In this document: positions 1 through 9,832 of the stretch, one piece after another | Layout of the letters: each line of letters begins with the position of its first letter | Numbering within the stretch: the first letter of the stretch is position 1 | Assembly (NCBI GenBank): GCA_052246995.1 | Contig: JBQPWD010000002.1 | Location: 96,001 to 160,000 of the forward strand | Origin: Candidatus Bathyarchaeota archaeon | Lineage (GTDB): Archaea > Thermoproteota > Bathyarchaeia > Hecatellales > Hecatellaceae | DNA: 64,000 nt | Direction: 5' to 3' | The notes under the pieces: generated by a model | Told to the model about the DNA's origin: nothing | Database searches by the model: none | What the model saw: the letters and a program-made list of their open reading frames with translations, nothing else | Program-made: the position numbers and the translations under genes

Positions 1-1056
1 AATGGGAACAACTTCTCTTTGAAAACCAAGCTTTTGAGCTCTATGGTAAAGATACTTTAAATCAAATTCATCACCGTTAAATGTTACAATAATGGGGTAT
101 TCAACAAGAAATCTAAAAATTCTGCAAAGAAGCTGAGTTTCATCGTCGTAAAATTCAACTTTAGCATCATTTAACCTGTCAAATTCTTCATCTTTAACTT
201 CACTCCTTCTAAGAAGTAAAACGTGTTTAACCCCGTCTGAATCTACAATAGAAGCACAAATAACTCTATGTAAAGCCTCTTTAGGGTCTGGAACCCTATC
301 TAAGCCTGGAGATTCAACCTCAATATCTAAAGCTGCAAATTTTAAATCTGGTAATGGTGTTTCAAGAAGCTTAGACCAGCTTCTTAAATACTGGAAAAAC
401 TCTTTAGGTTCATCTGTAAAAAGTTTTTCAACCTCAAAACTAGTGTTTGTAAGCCTGTTTTTAACAGGTATTCCATCTTCAATGTTGTATGGTAACCCTA
501 AATCTAAACCCAAATCATAAATGTAACATTCATAGTACTTTATGTCAGCTTCCCAAACTTTTACGTCATGTCTAATCTTTGGTAGAACATCTCTAACTGA
601 ACCTGAAGGTTTCCCTCCTATGGTTAAAGGATCTTGAGCTACAATCTTTGTAACCTTTAATGGTTTATCCATCAGTAAACTAAACTTTTCAACAACCTCA
701 AAATGGTCTAAACCTTTAACCTCCTTAAGTTCAGGAATGTTTTCAAGCTCCTCAGGTGTAATATTCGTTAGGCAATATGGTTTATGTCCAGTGGTATCAC
801 ACCAAAAATAAATTTTCTTATCTTCCGGATTGTAAAACTTTAAAACTACACAACGTTTATCTCCATCATAGCTGGCTGAAAAAAGATACACATTTTTAAG
901 GTTTTTAGAATTTACACATCTTTCAACAGTTAAACCTTTAAAATAGCTTACCCACTCATCAACAACATTTTTTTGAACATCTTCACTCTTAGAAGAAGGC
1001 TTCTCCTTAACCTCTCCAGCCCTTTCTCCAAAAAAATCCTCTAAGCGGCTTTTCAT
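1..1056 (-). CDS. polB1: Family B DNA polymerase, crenarchaeal PolB1-type (5' part; runs off window edge)
   Basis: Not in ORF track. ATG at 1056 translates MKSRLEDFFG...LFSASYDGDKR...WCDTTGHKPYCLT...KIVAQDPLTIGG...VWEADIKYY, N-terminal motifs typical of PolB1. Confidence 0.85.
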   Translation of the reverse strand, partial: MKSRLEDFFGERAGEVKEKPSSKSEDVQKNVVDEWVSYFKGLTVERCVNSKNLKNVYLFSASYDGDKRCVVLKFYNPEDKKIYFWCDTTGHKPYCLTNITPEELENIPELKEVKGLDHFEVVEKFSLLMDKPLKVTKIVAQDPLTIGGKPSGSVRDVLPKIRHDVKVWEADIKYYECYIYDLGLDLGLPYNIEDGIPVKNRLTNTSFEVEKLFTDEPKEFFQYLRSWSKLLETPLPDLKFAALDIEVESPGLDRVPDPKEALHRVICASIVDSDGVKHVLLLRRSEVKDEEFDRLNDAKVEFYDDETQLLCRIFRFLVEYPIIVTFNGDEFDLKYLYHRAQKLGFQREVVPI

Positions 1057-1094
1057 TTCTTGTCCTTAAAATGAACTAGGATACTTCAACCCTA

Positions 1095-1985
1095 TTAGCC
1101 TTTTCTGGATAAACATAAAATTTCAAAAACAGCTTTTGCAGCTTGAATGGCAGTAACTCCAAAATCAAAGTCAGGTGCAACTTCAACAACATCAAAACCT
1201 AAAAATTTAACCCCACTAAAACCGCCTAATATATTGAAAAGTGTGGAAAAGTTTAAACCATCAGGCTCAGGGTTGGAAACTGCAGGTGCATATGCGGGGT
1301 CCAGAACATCCATGTCAAGGCTAATGTAAACCTTATCATTTTCTTCAGCAAACTCTCTCAAAATTTTTGATGTGTTGTCTATGCCTAAACTTTTAATCTG
1401 TAAAGCTGTCAAGTATTTAATCTTATTTTTCTCAGCAAACTCAACCTCCTCCTTACATGCCGCTCTAACTCCAACCAAAAATACCCGTTTACCGCCAATT
1501 TTTTCGGTAATTCTACGCATAAATGTTGTATGGGAAAGTCTTCTGTTAAGATATTTGTCTCTTAAATCAAGGTGTGCATCAAAACAGATAAGGTTAAAAT
1601 TTTCCCTTTTTAAAGCGTTAACAACACCATAGGTTAGTGTATGCTCCCCGCCTAAAGTTACAGGCACCTTTCCAGTTCTACTTATAATTGAAATAGCTTT
1701 CTCAAGAAGTGTTAAAGCCTCCTCGATACTTTTACATGGTTTAATGTTTCCAATATCATAAATTTTTAAGTCTTCAACGTTAAAGTTAAACCTAAAACTG
1801 TATGTTTCAATGTTTAATGATGCATCCCTAACTTTATCAGGAGCCTTAGAACATCCAAACCTATATGTACATGTAAAGTCAAAAGGAAAACCTAAAATAA
1901 CATAACTTGCATCGTCAAAGCTGGATAAAAACCCAAGAAACTCGTTTTTAGGCTTAGTAAAAAAATCTTTAATTTTATTTTCCAA
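1095..1985 (-). CDS. speB: Agmatinase (ureohydrolase family)
   Basis: GGEHT, DAHLD, SHTT, DMDVLDPAYAP and DVVEV motifs. Confidence 0.9.
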   Translation of the reverse strand: MENKIKDFFTKPKNEFLGFLSSFDDASYVILGFPFDFTCTYRFGCSKAPDKVRDASLNIETYSFRFNFNVEDLKIYDIGNIKPCKSIEEALTLLEKAISIISRTGKVPVTLGGEHTLTYGVVNALKRENFNLICFDAHLDLRDKYLNRRLSHTTFMRRITEKIGGKRVFLVGVRAACKEEVEFAEKNKIKYLTALQIKSLGIDNTSKILREFAEENDKVYISLDMDVLDPAYAPAVSNPEPDGLNFSTLFNILGGFSGVKFLGFDVVEVAPDFDFGVTAIQAAKAVFEILCLSRKG

Positions 1986-2949
1986 AAATCCTCTCCATTA
2001 CAGCTGCAACAATAATTGGTAGGCAGATTGTTGCATCACCTATAACTTGAACCTTTAAAGCTTTACCCTCAACCTTACCCCATGAAACAGCCTCTTCAAG
2101 AGTTGCTCCTGAAAGTCCTCCTGGTTCCGGCCTGTCAGTTGTAATTTGGACTACATATTTATATGGTTTGTTAACTTTAAATGCCGCCTGAAAAATAAAG
2201 TTTTTAGGTACTCCTCCACCAATAAGCAAAGCACCATTTTCTGAATCATTCTTTTCTATAATTTCAAGAAACTCTAAAACGTCTTTAAACGCATCAACTA
2301 TAATTCCCCTCTCTCCATAATGCTTTACATACTCATATTCGGCTAACCCGTAACATGAGTCGTGAAGTGTTGGAACAAAAATGGGCACATTACACTTGTA
2401 TGCGTTATAGATTATTGAATTTTCATCTACAATTCTTTTACCTACTTCCCTCATCAACTCGCATGTGGAGTACGCCTTGTTTTTTGCGTACTTGGCAATA
2501 TCCCTAAAAATTTCAATCAAAGGTTTGTCAAATTTTTCTTTAAAGTCAGCTTCAGGAATAAAAACATCGTAAACCCTGTCAACTCCATGTTTGTAAAGCA
2601 TTTCATCGTCAACATGGGTTGTACCTTTATAATGACGCCCTCCAAAAACTTCAAGTAGATCATGAACCATGTTTGCACCTGTACTAACAATAACATCCAC
2701 CATTTTACGCTTAACCATTTCAGTAATAACGTTTCTCATACCTCCTGGAACCATTGCTCCAGCAAGGCCTAAAACTATCAAACATTTTTCTTTAAGCATA
2801 GATTCGTAGATATCTACTGCCTGAGCTAAACGTCCAGCACCAAAACATCCCGAACCAGCCATTTCACGAATAAGCTCATCAACATACATTTTTGGTTTAA
2901 GTTTTACATGATGAACAACATCCTTAAAAAACTCTTTGTCAAATTTCAA
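1975..2949 (-). CDS. dys: Deoxyhypusine synthase
   Basis: STGANMVHD, GGGVPKN, GGLSGATLEEAVSWGK (catalytic Lys), GDATI; overlaps speB start. Confidence 0.9.
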   Translation of the reverse strand: MKFDKEFFKDVVHHVKLKPKMYVDELIREMAGSGCFGAGRLAQAVDIYESMLKEKCLIVLGLAGAMVPGGMRNVITEMVKRKMVDVIVSTGANMVHDLLEVFGGRHYKGTTHVDDEMLYKHGVDRVYDVFIPEADFKEKFDKPLIEIFRDIAKYAKNKAYSTCELMREVGKRIVDENSIIYNAYKCNVPIFVPTLHDSCYGLAEYEYVKHYGERGIIVDAFKDVLEFLEIIEKNDSENGALLIGGGVPKNFIFQAAFKVNKPYKYVVQITTDRPEPGGLSGATLEEAVSWGKVEGKALKVQVIGDATICLPIIVAAVMERIFGK

Positions 2950-3138
2950 TACATCTTCCCCCTTTAGCAGATAGCAACGTCTCCTTTTAAGTAAATAGTT
3001 ACTTTAATAAATGTTTAAGCCTTTTAGTTTTTGATAAAGTAAGATGATCTTCCTTTTTAGCATCAACCTCAGCCTACATAGACATTATACTGCAAATCTA
3101 AACCTTATTAAAGTCCTGAAAAGTTAACAGAACTGGTT

Positions 3139-3960
3139 TTATCCTATTCCGTAGTTTTTAAGTATGCTTTTAATCTTTACAGCGTCTTCTTCAAGAACAG
3201 GGCTTTCACAGATAATGGTGCCTTCAACATTAAAATCTTTTAAAGTTTCTGCCAGAAACCTGAAGTTTATATCTCCCTTTTCAAAAATTAGATGCCTTTT
3301 TTCTCCCGAAGTGGAATACTCAACTTGGGTAAAATGTTGATGAAGATTTTTAAGAGAGTTGCTACCAAGTTTTTTTTCAATTTTTTCTAAAATTTTTACA
3401 AAATCATCCTTACTTTTCAAGCAGCCGTTACATCTAGCATGAACATGAGCCCAATCTAAAACTATTCTTTGACCTGTTTCATACACGATGTCTAAAACAT
3501 CATCAAGAGGTCCAACCTGTGAATGCCGTCCCATTGTTTCAATTCCTATTGGTATGGGACACTGGTTTACTATGCTGTTTATCCCATCTACAATCATCTT
3601 TTTAGCCTCCTCTTTTGAATGCTTACCGTAGTAGGCTGGATGAACAACTGCAAGCTCAGCCTTATAATAGCTTCCAACTTTACATGTTTCAACAATTCTT
3701 TGTTGAGAGTTTTTTACAGTTTGTTTATCTCCACAAAGGTTGATAAAGTATGGAGCATGACATGAAAGCTTAACATTGTACTTTTTAGAATACTCGTAAA
3801 GCTTCATAGCCACATTTACACCCATTTTAACTCCCCGAACATATTGAACCTCAAGAGCATCCAAACCAACCTCCATACAATATTTTAAAGCCTCATCGTA
3901 GCCTCGACCCTTCACAGCTAAAGGTATACCTGCAGGTCCAACATTAATCATACTGTCCAC
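3139..3960 (-). CDS. nfo: Endonuclease IV / AP endonuclease family 2 TIM barrel
   Basis: HAPYFINL, VVHP, ETMG, DWAHVHAR, ICESP motifs. Confidence 0.85.
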   Translation of the reverse strand: MDSMINVGPAGIPLAVKGRGYDEALKYCMEVGLDALEVQYVRGVKMGVNVAMKLYEYSKKYNVKLSCHAPYFINLCGDKQTVKNSQQRIVETCKVGSYYKAELAVVHPAYYGKHSKEEAKKMIVDGINSIVNQCPIPIGIETMGRHSQVGPLDDVLDIVYETGQRIVLDWAHVHARCNGCLKSKDDFVKILEKIEKKLGSNSLKNLHQHFTQVEYSTSGEKRHLIFEKGDINFRFLAETLKDFNVEGTIICESPVLEEDAVKIKSILKNYGIG

Positions 3961-4068
3961 CTTAACTATACCGTTTCAACAAGCCTACATTGATAGCTTA
4001 AACAGCTTAAAATATTAAGATTTAGTCAAAATCAATATCCTTTATCTTGCTACTAACTTAAGGAGAAC

Positions 4069-4091
4069 TTGTAAATTTGTAAATTTGTAAA
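4069..4091. repeat. Short tandem repeat (TTGTAAAT)x3, last copy imperfect
   Basis: Read directly from sequence. Confidence 0.7.
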
Positions 4092-4133
4092 CGTTTTTTG
4101 GCAGTTAGCCTACATTTAGCGGGCTTTTTATTT

Positions 4134-5261
4134 TCAACTTTTTTTAAATTTTTCTTCTACAATTTTTATACCGTCATCTCTAAGCATACTTATAATTTTG
4201 TTAAAATTTTTTTCATCCATTCCAAGTTTTTCCGGTGGAACTATACCTTTCATCTTTACCTCGTTTTTTGCCAACAATTGAACAACGGTAGAGGCTGTGT
4301 ATGCCGTTGTTCTCCCCATTGCTGTTACACCTTTCTCCTCATCATAGTAGTCTAGAAGATGGTAGGAGTAGATGTTTTCTACTTTATCTTTAACCCCGCT
4401 TACCTTAACCTTCATAACTACTAGGTCCTTGATTGACGGAAAACTCAAATTTTTCTCCAGTAGCTTGATGGTTAATTTACGTGGGGAAATGCCGTTTACA
4501 GGTTTATCATCAAAAAACCCTAATGCCTTCAACATTTTTATTTTTTCTGCATGTCCAGGGTGTCTTAAAGTTTTTTCCCACATGTTTTCCACTTTAACTG
4601 TGTGGTGAAGTGTTCTTACACCATCTGTGTAAAAAGCCTCCAACCTCCCTAAACCTGGAAACTCTAACTCCTCCAAAGCCTCAACTTCAACAGTTTTACC
4701 GTTTTTAACAATTTTTACCTTTCTAGTGTATTCCTCTATTAAGTCTTCAACACACCAAGTTACCTTATAGTTTAGAGGAGGTATGGGTGTTTGAGGTATT
4801 CCTCCAACAAGTATGACCACGTCTTTAACTTTGTCAAGCATGGTAACAGCCCTACCAACAAGTACGTTGCTTAAGCCAGGAGCAAGTCCACAGTCAGGTA
4901 TTATGGTTACGTTTGCCTTTAAAGCATCCTTGTTTAAGGTTAAAGGGTCCTCTGACATGTAGGAAAGGTCTACCATGTTGACACCAGCCTCTATCGCCGC
5001 TTTAACCGTTTTATAGCCCAGTCTTCCAGGAGACAATCCTATTAAGATGTCAAATTCGCCTGCTGTTTTAACAAGTTTTTTATAGTTGTTAAAGTCTAGT
5101 TGAAGAGGTGTAACATTACTTTTGTTTATGGAGGAAGCAACCTTTTCAACGGAATCCTTGTTTTCATCGGAGATAACAATTTCTGCTGAAGGAATTTTTT
5201 CAGATAGATATCTTACCAAAACTGAGCCTATGTATCCACAACCCATTGTAAGGATTTTCAT
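4134..5261 (-). CDS. Saccharopine dehydrogenase family, L-lysine 6-dehydrogenase-like
   Basis: N-terminal GCGYIG Rossmann motif, DCGLAPGLSN, TWCVEDLIEEYTR, LEAFYTDG, TAMGRTT. Confidence 0.8.
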   Translation of the reverse strand: MKILTMGCGYIGSVLVRYLSEKIPSAEIVISDENKDSVEKVASSINKSNVTPLQLDFNNYKKLVKTAGEFDILIGLSPGRLGYKTVKAAIEAGVNMVDLSYMSEDPLTLNKDALKANVTIIPDCGLAPGLSNVLVGRAVTMLDKVKDVVILVGGIPQTPIPPLNYKVTWCVEDLIEEYTRKVKIVKNGKTVEVEALEELEFPGLGRLEAFYTDGVRTLHHTVKVENMWEKTLRHPGHAEKIKMLKALGFFDDKPVNGISPRKLTIKLLEKNLSFPSIKDLVVMKVKVSGVKDKVENIYSYHLLDYYDEEKGVTAMGRTTAYTASTVVQLLAKNEVKMKGIVPPEKLGMDEKNFNKIISMLRDDGIKIVEEKFKKS

Positions 5262-5312
5262 ATTTTTCCCGTTTATTCTTGTTTTAAACTTTGATCATGT
5301 ATACGTAAATTG

Positions 5313-5576
5313 TTAGATGTCTCCATGTTCCTTTATTTTTGAATCTTCGTAGGGGCTTACCCATCTCCTGTAAAACTCTTGTTGAATACATGTTAACAAA
5401 CCCATAATTCTTTCATAGTTAAAATAGCTTGGCTTGTAAAGAGTTTTTAACGTTTTAGTAAACAAGTAGTTTAACTGTCCATCCCTGTCTTTATCTTCAA
5501 CCTTTTCAAAATAGTTTAAGATTTGGTTTAATATTTCATCCAGTTTTAACCTTTTTTCTGGTTTTATGTATGGCAT
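5313..5576 (-). CDS. Small conserved hypothetical protein (MPYIK...GQLNY...EFYRR...PYED..I..GDI family)
   Basis: Pattern recalled from a DUF family (possibly DUF6899) often seen in viral genomes; SD-like GGGG upstream. Confidence 0.7.
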   Translation of the reverse strand: MPYIKPEKRLKLDEILNQILNYFEKVEDKDRDGQLNYLFTKTLKTLYKPSYFNYERIMGLLTCIQQEFYRRWVSPYEDSKIKEHGDI

Positions 5577-5659
5577 GGTTACCCCCTAAATTGTTGATTA
5601 ACCCGTATAAGTTTTATAGGTTGATTGGAAAAATTATATTACGTGTAGCAGTTTCAAAC

Positions 5660-5803
5660 ATGACAGTTTACGAAGGTATTGAAGCTATGAATGAATGGCT
5701 TAATCAACTATCTTCACTGTCAGATAAACCGCTAATTCTCCTCCTAATCTACAGCCTGATACTGGTATTGATGTCGGTTGTAATAATTAAGATAGGAAAA
5801 TAA
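5660..5803 (+). CDS. Possible 47-aa single-pass membrane protein
   Basis: Internal ATG of ORF 5570..5803, about 26 nt after a TTATAT box; hydrophobic C-terminal helix followed by KIGK. Confidence 0.3.
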   Translation: MTVYEGIEAMNEWLNQLSSLSDKPLILLLIYSLILVLMSVVIIKIGK

Positions 5804-5956
5804 AAGCGTTTGTATAGTAGTGCTGTGTTAACATTATGCGTATGGTTTGCATGTTTAAGAAGATGTATTGTGTAAAGAGTCTAAGAACCAGGCCTTTTTA
5901 TCTATAGCAAGAAATTTTTAATTGTTTGAACGTGAATCCTGTAAAATAATGGCAGG

Positions 5957-6958
5957 TTAGGTTATACGTCTACTTTCTTCCTCTATTTTCTTTAATGCTT
6001 TAAGCCTTTTAACAATGTTTGGGTGGCTTGAAAAAAGCTCCATAATCCTGTCGGTAAACGTTATTTTCCTGGAAAGTATCTCGTTTACAAGTTGCTGGTC
6101 TGTTAAACGTCTAAACATTGGAAGGTTTAAAATGCTCACTTCATCCATTTCAGCCCTATCAGGGTCTGAAATAAACAAGGATTTAAACGCTCCTACAGCA
6201 CCAAGAGTCTCTTTAGCTTGGAAACTTTTCACCTTGGATGTGTTATGAACTATTTTTGCAAGAGCTTCTGAAAGTTTTCTTGCACCATCATCAACTGTTG
6301 TTGCACTTCTTCTATCAGCGTAGTACTCCCTGTATCTGCTTAAGCCTAAAACAAAGAGGGATAGTATCCAGTATACAACTAGGCATATAATGCCCAAAAT
6401 TGCCAGGTAACCAGCATTGTTACGGCTTCTATAACCTCCAAACCACCCTGAAAGCATTAAAGAATAACCTATAAAGTAGAATATTGCAGGTAAAACAGAT
6501 ACAAACATCATTATCTGAACATCTCTATGCTTTAAATGTCCAAGTTCATGTCCAATAACAGCTTCAACCTCCTCATCCTCTAAAACCTTTAAAAGTTCAC
6601 TAGTTACAGCAACACGCGACCCTGTTAACGGCGATCCGTAAGCAAAGGCGTTGGGTATGGGGATTTGGGCAATCATTACCTTAGGCATTTTTAAACCAAT
6701 TTTTTCACTAAGCCTTTTAACAGTGTTGTAAAGTTTAGGGTTATCCTTTGGTGAAAACTCCCTAGTACGGTAAATACTATCTATTATTTTAGGTGCAAAA
6801 AGCCATTGAAGAATGTTAAAAACAACAACAAGCATTGCAAGAAGAAGGATGTTTAAAGCTCCAACCAACGTTAGCACTATAGTGAAGAAAAGCGTTGAAA
6901 GCATTATAATAACGGTAAGGGTTCCATACATGGATAAACGTAGCTTCCATAGACCCAT
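5957..6958 (-). CDS. htpX: Zinc metalloprotease HtpX (M48)
   Basis: PNAFA, HELGH, SRYREYYAD, FSSHP motifs and TM helices; likely start ATG 6958. Confidence 0.9.
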   Translation of the reverse strand: MGLWKLRLSMYGTLTVIIMLSTLFFTIVLTLVGALNILLLAMLVVVFNILQWLFAPKIIDSIYRTREFSPKDNPKLYNTVKRLSEKIGLKMPKVMIAQIPIPNAFAYGSPLTGSRVAVTSELLKVLEDEEVEAVIGHELGHLKHRDVQIMMFVSVLPAIFYFIGYSLMLSGWFGGYRSRNNAGYLAILGIICLVVYWILSLFVLGLSRYREYYADRRSATTVDDGARKLSEALAKIVHNTSKVKSFQAKETLGAVGAFKSLFISDPDRAEMDEVSILNLPMFRRLTDQQLVNEILSRKITFTDRIMELFSSHPNIVKRLKALKKIEEESRRIT

Positions 6959-7130
6959 TTTTCCCAACCCCCACACATTTTCTATAAAAGGAAAATTTAT
7001 GCTGCTTATAACTTTTACTCCGCTAAAGTTTAAAGTTCAAGTAGTGAAACAGTCGGTTCACACAGTTTCACAGTTTCCCTTAATATCAAGTTTAACGTGT
7101 AGTAATCTCAAGTTTCGGAGGTGGTAAGGG

Positions 7131-8312
7131 ATGGATGGATCTAAAATTTTGTCAATTTTAACAGCAGCCCTACTGCTTATTTCAGTTTCCACCATACAGG
7201 TTAACACAGTTTTTACCACTGTGTATGCTGAAAATACTTCAGAAACCCCCACACTAAAATTTTTAGCTAATGAGCTCATAGATATCGCAAACAAGTCAAA
7301 GGTTAAGGTTGAAGAAATTTTCGATGAACTTAAAACTCAGTATATGGGAGTTCCCCGTGAAGCTGAGGAACTTTACGTTGAGGGTGTTAAACTCCTAAAT
7401 GACGCCATTTCCTGCAGGGATAACGGAGACTATGCAAACGCATGCAGTTACGCCCTTAAAGCTATGCAAAAATTTAAGCTTGCTTTACAGACAGCCTACA
7501 AATTTGCTCTTAGAGTTGAAACCAAAGAGGAAGAGGAGAAAGCTTTTAACCTTGTTTGCTTAAGAACTGCAATATCAAGAGCCTACGATTTTGCTGATAG
7601 AATTGAGGCGTTGGCAAATTCAACTGAAGAAAAGTTTGGCGTTAATTTAACTACGGTAAAAAATGAAGTTGAAGATGCAAGAGTTCATTTAAATAATGCG
7701 GAAAGCCTTCTTGATGAGGGAAAGATTAACGAGGCCGCAAAAGAACTAGCCACGGCAAGAGGTATTCTAGGAAGATGTGTTGGTGAAATACACAGCACCG
7801 CAAAAAAACTTACGATTCCTAGAGCTGAACGTTATCTTAACCAGGTAAGGGAGCGGTTGCAAGCCCATGTTGAACAAATGTCTAGGTTTTTAAATAGATA
7901 CAGGGTTTCTGAAATGCTTCAAAACGCCTCCTACAGCATTACTACAGCTCAAGAGTACATCAAAAAGGGTGATGTTGAAAACGCTTTAAAGGAAATTGAG
8001 AAGGCAAAGGGGTATGTTGAAAAAAGTGTGGATGAAGTTAAAAGCTTAGAACCAGACACAGCTAAAATGATTAAAATGGCTGAAAAGTTTGAGGTTAGGT
8101 TAAGGTTGCTTGAAGGTATGCTTAAACACGCGAAAATTAAAGGACCTGAGCTGGCAGCAATTAAAGAAAAACTTGGTGAAGCAAAAAGCCTGGCTGCAAG
8201 GCTTTCAAATCAAATTAGGAATCAAAAAATTGGTGAAGCTGAGGAGACAGTAAAGTTTCTTGAAGAACTTTTAAAAAACATTGAGGAAAACATTTCTTCA
8301 CGTTCATCTTAA
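7131..8312 (+). CDS. Secreted/surface alpha-helical hypothetical protein
   Basis: SD GGAGGTGG; signal peptide ending VYA-E; repetitive A/K/E-rich helical segments. Confidence 0.75.
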   Translation: MDGSKILSILTAALLLISVSTIQVNTVFTTVYAENTSETPTLKFLANELIDIANKSKVKVEEIFDELKTQYMGVPREAEELYVEGVKLLNDAISCRDNGDYANACSYALKAMQKFKLALQTAYKFALRVETKEEEEKAFNLVCLRTAISRAYDFADRIEALANSTEEKFGVNLTTVKNEVEDARVHLNNAESLLDEGKINEAAKELATARGILGRCVGEIHSTAKKLTIPRAERYLNQVRERLQAHVEQMSRFLNRYRVSEMLQNASYSITTAQEYIKKGDVENALKEIEKAKGYVEKSVDEVKSLEPDTAKMIKMAEKFEVRLRLLEGMLKHAKIKGPELAAIKEKLGEAKSLAARLSNQIRNQKIGEAEETVKFLEELLKNIEENISSRSS

Positions 8313-8319
8313 ACTTTTT

Positions 8320-9759
8320 TTAATCTTTTATTCCAGCTAAGTTTTCCGCCAACTTTCTTTTTTCCTCAAAGTTTACTGTTCTATAAATCTCTATTTTTTG
8401 GGCTTCAATAGAACCTGCTCCATGCCAAGTTGCAACACCATGTGTACCTGCAACCCAGTTTTGTATAAACTTTGTAATTCGCATTCTTTTTTCAGCTGGA
8501 ACCCTAGCTTTTAGATATTTTTTAATGTATTCTGATGTTTCAGGGTTTTTAAGCTCTTTTTCTGAGGGCATTGTTGCAGCTAAACCCCCACAAACATCTC
8601 CAAGTAAAGCCATAAGCCTCCAAAAACCCTCAGCACAATTAAGTTTTGCAACATTGCTAAAAATTCTATCAGGTAAGTATATTCCCGAACCTTCAGGCTC
8701 CTCTACACCTTTAAACGCTGCTGCAACAGCACATGCATGAAGGGTTTCATTTATTTTAACCATTTCAATAAGCTTCTCTCTTACATGAGGAGCATCAGAA
8801 ACTCCAAGATAGTCTGCTACCGCATGGGCTGCCCCTATCATTAAATCTCCAAAACCAACCTTACATGCTCCACCACAGGTCATTCTATGTGTTTTTGCAA
8901 AACGTGAAATTAAAGTTCCTGTAAACTCAACTTCTCCACACATAAAAACCCTATCCCATGGAACAAAAACATCATCAAAAATGATCATACATGTCTCCCT
9001 TACACCGTAAACAGGATTACCAAGGTAATATTGATCATCACTCATCAATCTTTCAGCATCTTGGGGGGTGTATTGACATATGTAAGTTATACCTTTAGAC
9101 TCACTTGGAATGGCGAAAGCTACAGCATATTCCTCCTCACCTTTACGGAAAGCAGTTCCAGGTATGACCAAATGTTCATGGGCAGCTATTGCCCCGCTTT
9201 GATGTACCTTTGCCCCTCTAACAATTATGCCCTCATTCCTTTTTTCAACAATCCTGATATACATGTCAGGGTCTTGTTCTTTAGGTCTTTTTCCCCTATC
9301 TCCTTTAACATCGGTAGCTGAGCCGCTTACCGCTAAATCATTTTTTTGAACCCATTTAACATAGTTAATAAGCCTTTCATGATATTTTGTTCCCAGTTTT
9401 TTATCCATTTCATAGGTTGTACTTGCCAACCCGTTTAACATGTCACAGGCTGGACATCTATAGTTACATGTTCCAAGAAGACGGCTTGTTAAAATAGCCA
9501 TTTCAACCCTTTTTTCAAGGTCATCTCTACTTTGAAAAAGATGAACATTTCTATTTACTATTTCATGTATGAGTGGAGAATAAGCAGTCATAACGTCTTG
9601 ATAGATTGGATTTTGAGCTAAATCGTAAATTTTAGCTGTAGCATCAACAACTGTTTTTGTAACAGGGTTCTTAACTACTGAATCTACCCTTTCACCATTT
9701 AAATATACTCGAAGTTTTAGCTTTTCAATGCTTTCTAAATATTCTTTTACAGTTTTCAT
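8320..9759 (-). CDS. abfD: 4-hydroxybutyryl-CoA dehydratase / HpaB-fold flavo-Fe-S protein
   Basis: CNYRC (Cx3C), TDVKGDR, RGAKVHQSG, HRMTCGGAC (His+Cys ligands), HGAGS. Confidence 0.8.
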   Translation of the reverse strand: MKTVKEYLESIEKLKLRVYLNGERVDSVVKNPVTKTVVDATAKIYDLAQNPIYQDVMTAYSPLIHEIVNRNVHLFQSRDDLEKRVEMAILTSRLLGTCNYRCPACDMLNGLASTTYEMDKKLGTKYHERLINYVKWVQKNDLAVSGSATDVKGDRGKRPKEQDPDMYIRIVEKRNEGIIVRGAKVHQSGAIAAHEHLVIPGTAFRKGEEEYAVAFAIPSESKGITYICQYTPQDAERLMSDDQYYLGNPVYGVRETCMIIFDDVFVPWDRVFMCGEVEFTGTLISRFAKTHRMTCGGACKVGFGDLMIGAAHAVADYLGVSDAPHVREKLIEMVKINETLHACAVAAAFKGVEEPEGSGIYLPDRIFSNVAKLNCAEGFWRLMALLGDVCGGLAATMPSEKELKNPETSEYIKKYLKARVPAEKRMRITKFIQNWVAGTHGVATWHGAGSIEAQKIEIYRTVNFEEKRKLAENLAGIKD

Positions 9760-9832
9760 ATTTTATTAACCTCAGTTTAGATTATGTAGTGTAGTAACTT
9801 ATATAAATAATGGTGCTGGTTACCTTATCTAA

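Noticed and set aside
4069-4091. 8-bp tandem repeat x3
   Set aside because: Intergenic, short and AT-rich; no functional context
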